Source: Eledone cirrhosa (Eukaryota). From it: DNA of 64,000 nt. A program made the translations under genes and the position numbers. Each line of letters starts with the position of its first letter. The stretch's first letter is position 1. The DNA lies in contig OZ024766.1 of the NCBI GenBank assembly GCA_964016885.1, forward strand, positions 4,774,001-4,838,000, given 5' to 3'. Below, in pieces: positions 1 through 12,298 of this stretch. Under the pieces are notes generated by a model. It was not told where the DNA came from. It did no database searches and saw only the letters and a list, made by a program, of their open reading frames with translations.

Positions 1-134
1 TAATTTTGTACATAGATCTGTTGAATATGCATGCCAATTCTAACACATATATATCCTAGAAACGATCGTTAAATAATGAACTTTTTTTGTTTAATATAAG
101 AAACTGTTTCATTGTTTTATTCATTATTTGTTTA

Positions 135-185
<51 letters not shown>

Positions 186-251
186 ATATACATATATACA
201 TATATATACATATATATAAATATATATATATAGAAATATATATATATACAA

Positions 252-298
<47 letters not shown>

Positions 299-432
299 TA
301 TATATATACAAATATATATATATATACATATATACATATATATACATATATACATATATATATACAAATATATATATATATATATACAAATATATATACA
401 AATATATATATATATATAAATATATATACATA

Positions 433-691
433 TATCATCATCACCGTTTTACGTCCGTTCTTCCACGCTAGCATGGGTTAGACGGGTTGTCCCGTTGTGG
501 GCAGTGTCTGGTCGGCTGACCATGCCTTGCTCATACAGGAACTGATCTGGCTTGATTTCTACAGCTGGATGCCCTTCCTAACACCAACCTCATTTACAGT
601 GAGTGCTGGGTGCTTTTTCGTGGCGCCTACACGTCCACTTTTCAGTGTGGGCTGGGTGCTTTTTTGCCGTGGCACCTCCACGACCACCTTG
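433..691 (-). mobile_element. SINE 3' part (family A, RTE-type tail)
   Basis: Shares 'ttctacagctggatgcccttcctaacaccaacc' with copies at 10 kb, 16.6 kb, 19 kb and 50 kb; (CAT)n tail. Confidence 0.75.
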
Positions 692-890
692 CGGTGGGGG
701 GGGGGGGGGACATATTGTTTATATGCTTCAGCATGTACCCATGGGAGGTCGGGTACCCTGTATTACTGCGTGACGCCAGAAGTCACGGTCGTGTGTATAT
801 ATGTATATATATGTATATATACATATATATACATATATATACACATATATACACATATATATATAATACATACACATATATACATAATAC

Positions 891-921
<31 letters not shown>

Positions 922-977
922 TTTGTATATATATATGAGAGAGAGAGAGGTAGAGAAAAAAAGGGGGGATAACTTAC

Positions 978-1212
978 ATACTTCCTGAAAAGATCATGGC
1001 ATTCTTGGCTTTTTGGGTTCTTATCTTCGCAGAGAGTGTGTGTTTGTCAGCATATTTCGGCCCGAAGTTATAACTGGTAATGACACGGCTGATTAGGCCA
1101 GCTGCTCTCTTTTCCAGGTCCCCGCTGACCTTGAAGTTACCTTTAGGGGACTTGAATGTGATCCTGGTGATGTGTTTGTTCTTGTTCTTACCAGCATTTA
1201 GAGATGTCATCA
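978..1212 (-). CDS. Apolipophorin-like exon 17 (MTSLNAGK...AMIFSGS); gene continues beyond window start
   Basis: 235 nt, phase 1-2, gtaagt donor. Lys-rich amphipathic beta-strands. Confidence 0.82.
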
Positions 1213-1330
1213 CTGTGTGGTGGTGGTGGAGGTGGTGGTGGTGGAGGTGGAGGAGGTGGTGGTGGTAGGTGTAGCGGGGAAGAAAGGTGGAAAAAAAAAA
1301 AAAAAATAATAATGACAATATGAATATATA

Positions 1331-1408
<78 letters not shown>

Positions 1409-1482
1409 TGTATGTATGTATGTATGCATATATATATATATATATATATATGTATATGTGTATGTATGTATGTATGTATGTA

Positions 1483-1531
<49 letters not shown>

Positions 1532-1558
1532 ATGTATATGTGTATGTATGTATGTATG

Positions 1559-1613
<55 letters not shown>

Positions 1614-1675
1614 GTGTATGTATGTATATATATATACACACACACACACGACACACGCACATATATATACATATA

Positions 1676-1776
<101 letters not shown>

Positions 1777-1785
1777 TATACATAT

Positions 1786-1824
<39 letters not shown>

Positions 1825-1984
1825 GAGGTTATATTTAATTTGTTGGGATTCAACAAGCTTAAAATGTTTATAACTGATATAAAGCACTCAACAGTTGGTT
1901 TTATAAATAGTAGAAACAATTATTGTGCCAATAGTAGAAACAATTAATTTATTGTATATATATATATATATAGATATATGTATA

Positions 1985-2137
1985 TATATATATATGTGTG
2001 AGTATATAACTTGACATTACAATCCCTGAATATATATATATATATGTATATATATATATGTATCTGTCTATATGTATGTATATATATATATATAAATATA
2101 TATGTGTGAGTATATAACTTGACATTACAATCCCTGA

Positions 2138-2169
<32 letters not shown>

Positions 2170-2184
2170 GTATCTGTCTATATG

Positions 2185-2230
<46 letters not shown>

Positions 2231-2314
2231 TATATGTGTGAGTATATAACTTGACATTACAATCCCTGAATATATATATATATATGTATATATATATATG
2301 TATCTGTCTATATG

Positions 2315-2388
<74 letters not shown>

Positions 2389-2427
2389 TATATGTGTGAG
2401 TATATAACTTGACTTTACAATCCCTGA

Positions 2428-2461
<34 letters not shown>

Positions 2462-2555
2462 GTATCTGTCTATATGTATATATATATATATGTATATATA
2501 AATACATATATGTGTGAGTATATAACTTGACATTACAATCCCTGAATATATATAT
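1985..2555. repeat. Minisatellite, about 5 copies of 90-160 bp with variable (TA)n spacers
   Basis: Recurrent 'gtgtgagtatataacttgacattacaatccctgaa'. Confidence 0.9.
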
Positions 2556-2560
2556 ATATA

Positions 2561-3786
2561 TCTAAGGCGGGTAAAATTCCCGAGATCCATGGATGAGTTC
2601 TCTCCAGCGGTCTCTGTCCCTCATTATCGCTGCCATCTCCTCATTAATCAGTATACACTGAGGATGAAAAACTCAGAGCTGTATGGGAGCATCCCAAAAG
2701 TCAGCTCAAAAGTGACACAGAGGAGACACTAGGTTAGCTGGACATGCTCACCGATATCCAGAGTTGACATTGCACTCAGTGCTCCTGTGGGAGCCCCTAC
2801 ATGGATACATTAGGTTAGCTGGACATGCTCACCGACATCCAGAGTTGACACTGCACTCAGTGCTCCTGTGGGAGCCCCTACATGGATACATTAGGTTAGC
2901 TGGACATGCTCACCGACATCCAGAGTTGACATTGCACTCAGTGCTCCTGTGGGAGCCCCTACATGGACACACTAGGTTAGCTGGACATGCTCACCGACAT
3001 CCAGAGTTGACATTGCACTCAGTGCTCCTGTGGGAGCCCCTACATGGACACACTAGGTTAGCTGGACATGCTCACCGACATCCAGAGTTGACATTGCACT
3101 CAGTGCTCCTGTGGGAGCCCCTGCATAGACACACTAGGTTAGCTGGACATGCTCACCGACATCCAGAGTTGACATTGCACTCAGTGCTCCTGTGGGAGCC
3201 CCTACATGGACACACTAGGTTAGCTGGACATGCTCACCGACATCCAGAGTTGACATTGCACTCAGTGCTCCTGTGGGAGCCCCTGCATGGACACACTAGG
3301 TTAGCTGGACATGCTCACCGACATCCAGAGTTGACACTGCACTCAGTGGTCCTGTGGGAGCCCCTACATGGACACACTAGGTTAGCTGGACATGCTCACC
3401 GTCATCCAGAGTTGACACTGCACTCAGTGCTCCTGTGGGAGCCCCTACATGGACACACTAGGTTAGCTGGACATGCTCACCAACATCCAGAGTTGACATT
3501 GCACTCAATGCTCCTGTGGGAGCCCCTACATGGACACACTAGGTTAGCTGGACATGCTCACCAACATCCAGAGTTGACATTGCACTCAATGCTCCTGTGG
3601 GAGCCCCTACATGGACACACTAGGTTAGCTGGACATGCTCACCAACATCCAGAGTTGACATTGCACTCAGTGCTCCTGTGGGAGCCCCTACATGGACACA
3701 CTGGAAGAGGAAGACCAAGGTTAACGTATGTTGATGCCCTAACGACAGACACTGGTCTGTTGGAGACGCAGGATATGGCAGCGATA
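2561..3786. mobile_element. RTE-clade LINE 3' fragment with inversion and internal 87-bp x ~11 array
   Basis: Translates to RLAGHAHRHPELTLHSVLLWEPLHG...GRGRPRLTY (RTE-type C-terminus). The terminal ~80 bp (2561-2640) are on the opposite strand. Confidence 0.8.
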
Positions 3787-3871
3787 TATATATATATATT
3801 ATATCTAAAAAAATACCCAGTCTGACAATGACAATAATGATGATGATGATGTTGTTGTCGTGACAACTTAC

Positions 3872-4126
3872 CATTAAGGATGACAGGTCTGAACAAAAGT
3901 TTCTCAAGCTTGAAATTAAGGGTTCCCTTATTCTTTCCATCATAGGTAATGTCAGACTGTAGCTCCAACTTATCTTTGCCCAGCATTGTAAACTTGACGT
4001 AAGGGCTGTATTTAAAGCCATATTTCTTGAAAACTTTGCCAAGACGTGTGATGGCTGAGTATTCCTTCTTTCCGACCTTCAGGACAGAAGTAGCGGCCAT
4101 TTCTTTTGGAATGTTTTGGCTGGAAA
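3872..4126 (-). CDS. Apolipophorin-like exon 16 (SSQNIPKEMAATS...FRPVILN)
   Basis: 255 nt, phase 1-1, T-rich acceptor, gtaagt donor. Confidence 0.85.
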
Positions 4127-4286
4127 CTGTAATAAAAAAAAAAAAAGAAAACGGGGAAGAAAGATAAGTAAATTGTAACTCCAATTGTAACCCCTCCATC
4201 CAGCCCTCCACCACACCACCCCACTGTCCCTGTCTTTGTATTGTCCCCTATATGTCAGCAGCCCTTGTGGCTAATAAATGAAACTG

Positions 4287-5383
4287 TTTGCCTTTCATCC
4301 CTACGGGGTCGATAAAATAAGGTACCAGTAATACACTGGGGTAATTTGCTGGCCTTGTGCCCTCAAATGTAGAAACAGTTATTACGGGGTCGATAAAATA
4401 AAGTACCAGTAATACACTGGGGTAATTGCTGGCCTTGTGCCAAAAGTAGAAACAATTATTACAGGGTTGATAAAATAAAGTACCAGTAATACACTGGGGT
4501 AATTGCTGGCCTTGTGCCAAAAGTAGAAACAATTATTACGGAGTCGATAAAATAAAGTACCAGTAATACACTGGAGTAATTGCTGGCCGTGTGCCAAAAG
4601 TAGAAACAATTATTACGGAGTCGATAAAATAAAGTACCAGTAATACACTGGGGTAATTGCTGGCCTTGTGCCAAAAGTAGAAACAATTATTACGGAGTCG
4701 ATAAAATAAAGTACCAGTAATACACTGGTGTAATTGCTGGCCTTGTGCCAAAAGTAGAAACAATTATTACAGGGTTGATAAAATAAAGTACCAGTAATAC
4801 ACTGGGGTGATTGCTGGCCTTGTGCCTAAAGTAGAAACAATTATTACAGGGTTGATAAAATAAAGTACCAGTAATACACTGGGGTGATTGCTGGCCTTGT
4901 GCCTAAAGTAGAAACAATTATTACAGGGTTGATAAAATAAAGTACCAGTAATACACTGGGGTAATTGCTGGCCTTGTGCCAAAAGTAGAAACAGTTATTA
5001 CGGGGGGTCGATAAAATAAAGTACCAGTAATACACTGGGGTAATTGCTGGCCTTGTGCCAAAAGTAGAAACAATTATTACGGGGTCGATAAAATAAAGTA
5101 CCAGTAATACACTGGGGTAATTGCTGGCCTTGTGCCTAACGTAGAAACAATTATTACAGGGTCGATAAAATAAAGTACCAGTAATACACTGGGGTGATTG
5201 CTGGCCTTGTGCCTAACGTAGAAACAATTATTACGGGGTCGATAAAATAAAGTACCAGTAATACACTGGGGTAATTGCTGGCCTTGTGCCAAAAGTAGAA
5301 ACAGTTATTACGGGGGGTCGATAAAATAAAGTACCAGTAATACACTGGGGTAATTGCTGGCCTTGTGCCAAAAGTAGAAACAA
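4287..5383 (+). repeat. 77-bp x ~14 tandem array of a SINE 3' end (family B)
   Basis: Starts with 'tttgcctttcatccctacggggtcgataaaa'. Unit is acggggtcgataaaataaagtaccag...gtagaaacaattatt. Confidence 0.92.
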
Positions 5384-5506
5384 CTAGAGGGAGAGTTTGA
5401 GGATTCTGCCCCCTCACAACCCTCTCAGGAATAAATGGGCGAAGAAGGAGGGGAAGGATAATAGCTACACTTGGTAACAAGCGCCAGGAGGGGAGTATAG
5501 GCTTAC

Positions 5507-5758
5507 CTTTCAGTGTGATGGGATCAATCATTGATCCAGTGATCGAGGCATCGAGGTCAAGGCTTTTCCTGCTGACGTAATCCAGTTTTCCTTTCATCGC
5601 GAGTTTGTGTTTGGGAGAGCTGATCTCAAACCTGGGGACGAACTTGAAAACTGTATTGGTAGAGTCCATTTCGAATCGTCCGAGAAGTTTGTATTCTTTG
5701 TTGTCAAGGGAGACAAGTCCTGAAAACGACTTGATGGCATGGCTGTTTATGAGGGTAC
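5507..5758 (-). CDS. Apolipophorin-like exon 15 (TLINSHAIKSFSG...MIDPITLK)
   Basis: 252 nt, phase 1-1, AG/GT ends. Amphipathic beta-strand pattern. Confidence 0.85.
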
Positions 5759-5859
5759 CTGCAACAACAACAACAACAACAACAACAACATCAATATCAA
5801 CAATTTGACAAATGTGGGAGTCCCAAATCCAAAATAGAATTGTATTAATAGGGAATCAC

Positions 5860-5890
<31 letters not shown>

Positions 5891-5892
<2 letters not shown>

Positions 5893-6077
5893 CGAAGGAA
5901 ATGTGGTAAGGAACCAGGTGGACCATAACGCACCAAAGTACTCAATACTTAGGGTAGTAGAGTGGGTAATAGGAACGAGTAGGACCCCAACGGCTGAGCT
6001 CAAGCCGTTTCGACGGCTAATTCTGGACTGAATTAGCCGTCGAAACGGCTTGAGCTCAGCCGTCGGGGTCCTACTCA
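5891..6077. mobile_element. Dispersed hairpin-forming repeat in (TA)n (other copies 30870-30982, 33630-34047, 49845-49988)
   Basis: 'aacgaaggaaatgtggtaaggaacc...' plus a ~47-bp inverted arm pair. Penelope-like origin is an inference. Confidence 0.65.
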
Positions 6078-6087
6078 TTACTATATA

Positions 6088-6131
<44 letters not shown>

Positions 6132-6378
6132 AGCATGTATATATAAGTGTGCATATATATAAGCATATATATATAAGTGTGTATATATACAAGTATTGCA
6201 CCAAGAAAAATATAGACTTCAGCAAGAAGAGAGAGTATGAATTTATTGGCTCTAACATATGTTTCTGTGTTCATTAGGTTGTCAACATATGCTGACTACA
6301 ATATATATTGTTCAATCGTATGCAATATATAATTATTTTTCACACATCTTCAGAAAGCTTAAGTGTCTATATACGCAC

Positions 6379-6499
6379 CTTCAGCTTTCAGATTCTTCCA
6401 GGGAGCAGACAGAGAGAAGGTGTTACCTTCCAGCTTAAACATGGATTTCCTGTTGATCTGGGATCCGGGAGTATCTATGGACATGTAACCGTTTGGTCC
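6379..6499 (-). CDS. Apolipophorin-like exon 14 (GPNGYMSIDTPGSQINR...SAPWKNLKAE)
   Basis: 121 nt, phase 0-1. DTPGSxxxR and PWK motifs. Supplies the phase change needed between exons 13 and 15. Not in the ORF track. Confidence 0.88.
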
Positions 6500-6842
6500 C
6501 TAGAGAATAGAAGAATAAAAATTGAAATAAGTACAGATATGTAGGGGATATATACATCGAATAATATATATATATATATATAGATATATATATAAATATA
6601 GATATAAATATATATATAAATATATATATAAATATATATATGTATGTAAAAGGTAAACAGAAATAACAACACAATCGGTACAGTATATGGAAGGTATATA
6701 TTAGGTTAACGAAGAGGGTCTTAACGTTTCGGACACTAGTCCTTCATCAGAAGAAAGAATGAGAAATAAGATAGATTGAGGGGATGGGCAGGGTGGAATT
6801 GGAAAAAATGTCTTTAGATAAAAATAACAGATCCATTCATGT

Positions 6843-6879
<37 letters not shown>

Positions 6880-6912
6880 CAACAACAAAGAACGCTTAGA
6901 GCATAGGTATAT

Positions 6913-6970
6913 CTTTACTTGCTGACAGTGTTTCGTCCACACTATAAGTGGGACTCATCAGAGCATAAAG
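6913..6970 (-). ncRNA. Type I hammerhead ribozyme motif (Penelope-like)
   Basis: Minus strand ctttatgct-CTGATGA-gtcccacttatagtgtggac-GAAA-cactGTC-agcaagtaaag. Intact core, G-C closed stem II, bulged 9-bp stem I, GUC triplet. Confidence 0.7.
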
Positions 6971-7014
6971 AGTGATTACATATTACACAAGCTACAACAA
7001 TTTCTATACTTTTC

Positions 7015-7060
<46 letters not shown>

Positions 7061-7136
7061 GAAAAGTATAGAAATTGTTGTAGCGAGAAGCAACATATAT
7101 ATATATATATATATACATATAAGATGTATATGTAAC

Positions 7137-7181
<45 letters not shown>

Positions 7182-7191
<10 letters not shown>

Positions 7192-7607
7192 TCAGGATGT
7201 CTGTCTGTCTGTGTGTCTGTGTGTCTGTGAGTTTGAATCCCTAAAACTCGAGAAGTACCCAACTGATTTTTTTTTCAAACTTTATATGTGTATTACTTAT
7301 GTTTCAGGGAGTGTTATTAGGGGTTTTTTGAGGCGTTACATCAGACCAATTTTCCCGAAATTTCAAGGCATATTATGCACATAAAAAAAATTCATTTTCT
7401 TGATCCCTTAGGGCCCACATTAGGTGAAAGACCTGCATTTTTCCTGCTTCATCGAGGAAAATCTTAAAGATTATACTAATTGCATCAGAGTATTCAGTTT
7501 ATTTTCTTTACATATTGTCCAGGCATGCAGTTTTTCCACGATTAGGTGTGTTGGCGGCCCGCGTCTCAAAATACCTTATCCCGTGCAACGCCGGGTACCA
7601 CTGCTAG
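7182..7607 (+). mobile_element. Non-autonomous Helitron-like element
   Basis: 3' hairpin CCCGtgcaacgcCGGG (7580-7595) followed by CTAG|T. 5' end tatataaaa followed by a (TCTG)n tract. Confidence 0.6.
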
Positions 7608-7657
7608 TGTTACATATAAAGCCCAGCAGAGAACAAAATAGGTTAAACAAAACTTAC

Positions 7658-7916
7658 TGGGAAGTTGAATTCAACGATGTAGTTGTTTGGAGTATCTTCA
7701 TTCATCATGTAGAGATCATAGGAGAAAGGTCCAGTAAAAGGGAAGAAGGGTGCATCTCTGTGGCGGGATGCGTTGACATATTGTAGTTCCTGACAGAACC
7801 TCAGACCTGTTAAAGTCTTCACAGTTGGTCCAGTACAGATCTTAGATTTCTCTACACTGTCTGCGATTAAGTCTTCTTTCTTTTCCTGGTCATCACGGAT
7901 AGTGTAGATTTCAGTC
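7658..7916 (-). CDS. Apolipophorin-like exon 13 (CTG...TGLRFCQEL...NAS...APFFPFTGP)
   Basis: 259 nt, phase 2-0. GLxxC and APxFPxTGP motifs (DUF1081-type region). Confidence 0.9.
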
Positions 7917-8015
7917 CTGATTACAGTAAAAACAAGATGGAGGATTGTTAGAGTTGTTAGAATGTCGGAGAGAATGGTTTGTTGTATTAGTTTCAGCTCA
8001 CTATACTCTCCGAGT

Positions 8016-8573
8016 TCAAATCCCTTCCTGGACAGGACACCAGTCCATCACAGGGTCTGTCTTAGTTTCATTGGTGTTAAGTGACTGAGAGTACAAGACT
8101 TCCCCCTGGACAGGACACCAGTCCATCACAGGGTTAAAGTCTGTCTTAGTTTCATTGGTGTTAAGTGACTGAGAGTACAAGACTTCCCCCTGGACAGGAC
8201 ACCAGTCCATCACAGGGTTAAAGTCTGTCTTAGTTTCATTGGTGTTAAGTGACTGAGAGTACAAGACTTCCCCCTGGACAGGACACCAGTCCATCACAGG
8301 GTTAAAGTCTGCCTTAGTTTCATTGGTGTTAAGTGACTGAGAGTACAAGACTTCCCCCTGGACAGGACACCAGTCCATCACAGGGTTAAAGTATGTCTTA
8401 GTTTCATTGGTGTTAAGTGACTGAGAGTACAAGACTTCCCCCTGGACAGGACACCAGTCCATCACAGGGTTAAAGTCTGTCTTAGTTTCATTGGTGTTAA
8501 GTGACTGAGAGTACAAGACTTCCCCCTGGACAGGACACCAGTCCATCACAGGGTTAAAGTCTGTCTTAGTTTC
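8016..8573 (-). repeat. 87-bp x ~6 tandem array, SINE-like unit
   Basis: Unit contains 'aaccctgtgatggactggtgtcctgtccagggggaag'. Confidence 0.9.
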
Positions 8574-9415
8574 TCATATATATATATATAATTAAAGAAG
8601 AAATTAAAAGATGGTTAAAGAAGTTCCATATATTTTAACCATCTTTTAATTTCTTCTTTAATATATACTCCAGTTCTACTAACTGTTGAGTGCTACTTAT
8701 CTGATATATGCATAGTTTTATTGTTCTACAATATTACTCACCTTCTACATTATCTATATATATATATATAAATACATAATCGGAGAAAGCTAATAGCGAT
8801 ACTCCGGCCAAATCCCAACTCACTCAACAAACATTAGGAAATACCTGAGAATATTCCTAATTAAACGTTCGGGGTGCTAACTAATTGTATTGTGTGGAAA
8901 ATTGGCTGTATCATTTCACTATAAGATTTCTACAAGTTGGGTGAAATTATACCAATTTATGTAGAAGCTTGTATAAGATCAACAGATACTTATTCAAGTG
9001 GGCTCTTATAATTCTTCAGTGGGTGCCCATATATATATATTTGGATATTTCACTTTTTATTTCAATTCCATTTCGATTCTCTTTATTTTTCAATTCATGT
9101 ACCATCGTTGCGAAACATATTTGGGTTTCGAAGTTCAAATTCATCTACGGAGCGGGTTTGGATTTTGAAGTTTAAATTTGTCCAGGAATCACGGCCTTTG
9201 CCAATATAAGCTTGTCTTTATTGACTTATATCGAGACAGACAAATTGTATTCACTTTAATTAGTTTATTTCATTGATAGCTAACTTTGTCTGTGACAGTG
9301 CAAACACGTTTTGTGTTTATCATATATATTAATGTATTTAACTGCTCGGAAATGCCCCTTTCTTGGAGCTTATTAATTGTAAACGACTGAGAGTTTAATC
9401 TCAAAATATAATATA

Positions 9416-9465
<50 letters not shown>

Positions 9466-9541
9466 TTGGCTATATAAACAGTTTGTTTTGGAACTTCATT
9501 CCCTAAAGTTTCACAGGAGAGAGAAAAGAAATGATACTTAC

Positions 9542-9709
9542 TTAAGGTTGAAAAATTCTGTCTTTTGGTTGGGGAAGCGTACTTCAGCCCTTTTCTTGAA
9601 GGATTCCAGTTCGACTCCAGTTGAAGTGTGGGCTCGGGTCACCAGTTTTATACCCGTCTTTGTAAAATGGGCATCGACAGCCATCTCACCTTTTACCTCA
9701 ATTGCTGCG
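9542..9709 (-). CDS. Apolipophorin-like exon 12 (SAAIEVKGEMAVDAHFTKTGIKL...HTST...)
   Basis: 168 nt, phase 2-2. SAAxE...MxVDA..GxK..HTST pattern. Confidence 0.9.
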
Positions 9710-9927
9710 CTGTTGGGGAGCAGAGAGGGAGAGGCTAGGTCAGTAATTGGCGGTGATGGTGGAGGCGGTGGTGTATTGGTGGTTGTGTTGTTGTGGTGGC
9801 GGTGTGCTGATGTATGGTGGTAGTAGTGGTTTGTGTTAATGTTGATAGATAGATATATATATAGAGAGAGAGGGAGGGAGAGAGGGAGACAGACAGACAG
9901 ATAAATATATGTGTGTGTGTATGTATC

Positions 9928-9959
<32 letters not shown>

Positions 9960-10038
9960 GAGAGAGAGAGACATATATATATAGATTTATTTATATATAT
10001 ATATATATATTATATATATATATATAGAGAGAGAGAGA

Positions 10039-10325
10039 GGTTGTGAGTTCAATTCTCAGACCGGGTGATGTGTTGTTTACTTGAGCAAGACACTTTATTT
10101 CACATTGCTCCAGTTTACTCAGCTGTAGAAATGAGATAATAGGGACTGGGGTCCCTATCATTCCACTGCAAAGTGGTCGTGGAGGTGCCACGGCAAAAAA
10201 GCACCCAGCACTCACTGTAAATGAGGTTGGTGTTAGGAAGGGCATCCAACTGTAGAAATCAAGCCAGAATCAGTTCCCGTCCCACCCTTGCAAGCAGGGA
10301 AAAGCGGACGTAAAATGATGATGAC
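10039..10325 (+). mobile_element. SINE family A (B-box-like GAGTTCAATTC, CORE-like 'ttgagcaagacactt', RTE-type tail)
   Basis: Near-identical to 16634-16955 and 19054-19308. Confidence 0.8.
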
Positions 10326-10382
10326 AGTAATCTTGTGAACAAATATCGTCCGCACCCTGTCATTTCATCATTTTCATTTCAT

Positions 10383-10870
10383 TTTATGTCCGCTTTTCCC
10401 TGCTTGCAAGGGTGGGACGGGAACTGATTCTGGCTTGATTTCTACAGCTGGATGCCCTTCCTAACACCAACCTCATTTACAGTGAGTGCTGGGTGCTTTT
10501 TTGCCGTGGCACCTCCACAACCACTTTACAGTGAGGGCTGGGTGCTTTTTAGCCGTGGCACCTCCACGACCACTTTACAGTGAGTGCTGGGTGCTTTTTT
10601 GCCGTGGCACCTCCACGACCACTTTACAGTGAGTGCTGGGTGCTTTTTTGCCGTGGCACCTCCACGACCACTTTACAGTGAGTGCTGGGTGGTTTTTTGC
10701 CGTGGCACCTCCACGACCACTTTACAGTGTGTGCTGGGTGCTTTTTTGCCGTGGCACCTCCACGACCACTTTGCAGTGGAATGATATGGGCCCCAGTCTC
10801 TATCATCTCATTTCTACAGCTGAGTAAACTGGAGCAATGTGAAATAAAGTGTCTTGCTCAAGGAAACAAC
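10383..10870 (-). mobile_element. SINE family A, inverted copy with internal 49-bp x ~6 array
   Basis: Reverse complement of 10039-10325. Unit is gtggcacctccacgaccactttacagtgagtgctgggtgcttttttgcc. Confidence 0.82.
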
Positions 10871-10873
10871 ACC

Positions 10874-10910
<37 letters not shown>

Positions 10911-10975
10911 GAGACAGACAGATATACATATGTATAAAGAAGACAAGGGGGAGCGGTATGGTGTCGGCTTCTTAC

Positions 10976-11250
10976 CTCAATTTCAAGTTGACCATGAATT
11001 TACCGTTGGTGTGGCCATATTTGGTATCAAAGTCGATACCAGCTGTGGTGGTGACTGTCAAGTTTAGTGGAAGTCCTACACAAGTAGGGACGGTCATTCG
11101 GGTGTCAACCAGCTGCATGCTCTTCAGGAGGTCTCTTGGGACTTTGGCAGGCAGGGACATTACACTGGAGACTATCTTGTTGTCGTAGTAGAGTTCGTTG
11201 CCGAAGACTCTCATGTAGATGGCAGCAGTAATGATCTTGTCCATGTTGAG
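10976..11250 (-). CDS. Apolipophorin-like exon 11 (YMRVFGNEL...VPTCVGLPLNL...)
   Basis: 275 nt, phase 0-2. YxRVFGNEL and PTxxGLPL motifs (DUF1943-type region). Confidence 0.92.
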
Positions 11251-11252
11251 CT

Positions 11253-12190
11253 GTGGTGGTAGATGGTAGATATTAGAGATGGTAGGGTGGTATGGTGGTA
11301 TGGTGGTGCTAGTAGAGGTGGTATGGTGGTATGGTGGTATGGTAGTGGTGGTGCTAGTAGAGATGGTATGGTAGTGGTGGTGATAGTAGAGGTGGTATGA
11401 TGGTATGGTGGTATGGTGGTGGTGGTGCTAGTAGAGGTGGTATGGTAGTGGTAGTGATAGTAGAGGTGGTATGATGGTATGGTGGTATGGTGGTGGTGGT
11501 GCTAGTAGAGGTGGTATGGTGGTATGGTGGTATGGTAGTGGTGGTGCTAGTAGAGATGGTATGGTGGTGGTGGTGCTAGTAGAGGTGGTATGGTGGTATG
11601 GTGGTATGGTAGTGGTGGTGCTAGTAGAGATGGTATGGTGGTGCTGGTGCTAGTAGAGGTGGTATGGTGGTATGGTGGTATGGTGGTGGTGGTGCTAGTA
11701 GAGATGGTATGGTAGTGGTGGTGCTAGTAGAGGTGGTATGGTGGTATGGTGGTGGTGGTGCTAGTAGAGATGGTATGGTAGTGGTGGTGATAGTAGAGGT
11801 GGTATGATGGTATGGTGGTATGGTAGTGGTGGTGCTAGTAGAGGTGGTATGGTGGTATGGTGGTGCTAGTAGAGGTGGTATGGTGGTGGTAGTGGTGGTG
11901 CTAGTAGAGATGGTATGGTAGTGGTGGTGATAGTAATGGTGGTATGGTGGTGGTGGTAGTGGTGGTGATAGTAGAGGTGGTATGGTGGTATGGTGGTGGT
12001 GGTGGTGATAGTAGAGATGGTATGGTAGTGGTGGTGATAGTAGAGGTGGTATGGTGGTGTGGTGGTGGTGGTGCTAGTAGAGATGGTATGGTGGTGGTGG
12101 TGATAGTAGTGGTGGTGGTGATAGTAGAGGTGGTATGGTGGTGGTGGTGGTAGTGGTGGTGATAGTAGAGATGGTATGGTAGTGGTGGTG

Positions 12191-12192
<2 letters not shown>
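11253..12192. repeat. GGT/GGTAT-rich minisatellite
   Basis: Recurrent ggtggtatggt...gctagtagag motifs. Confidence 0.9.
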
Positions 12193-12260
<68 letters not shown>

Positions 12261-12298
12261 ATACTGAAGAATATAGAAATGTCTGTGTCAAAACTCAC

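Noticed and set aside
2764-3825. 353-aa His-rich ORF as a metal-binding protein
   Set aside because: It is an 87-bp tandem amplification of an RTE LINE C-terminal fragment.
4287-5383. CRISPR-like appearance of the 77-, 61- and 49-bp arrays
   Set aside because: Whole units repeat with no unique spacers, there are no cas genes, and the context is eukaryotic and TE-derived.
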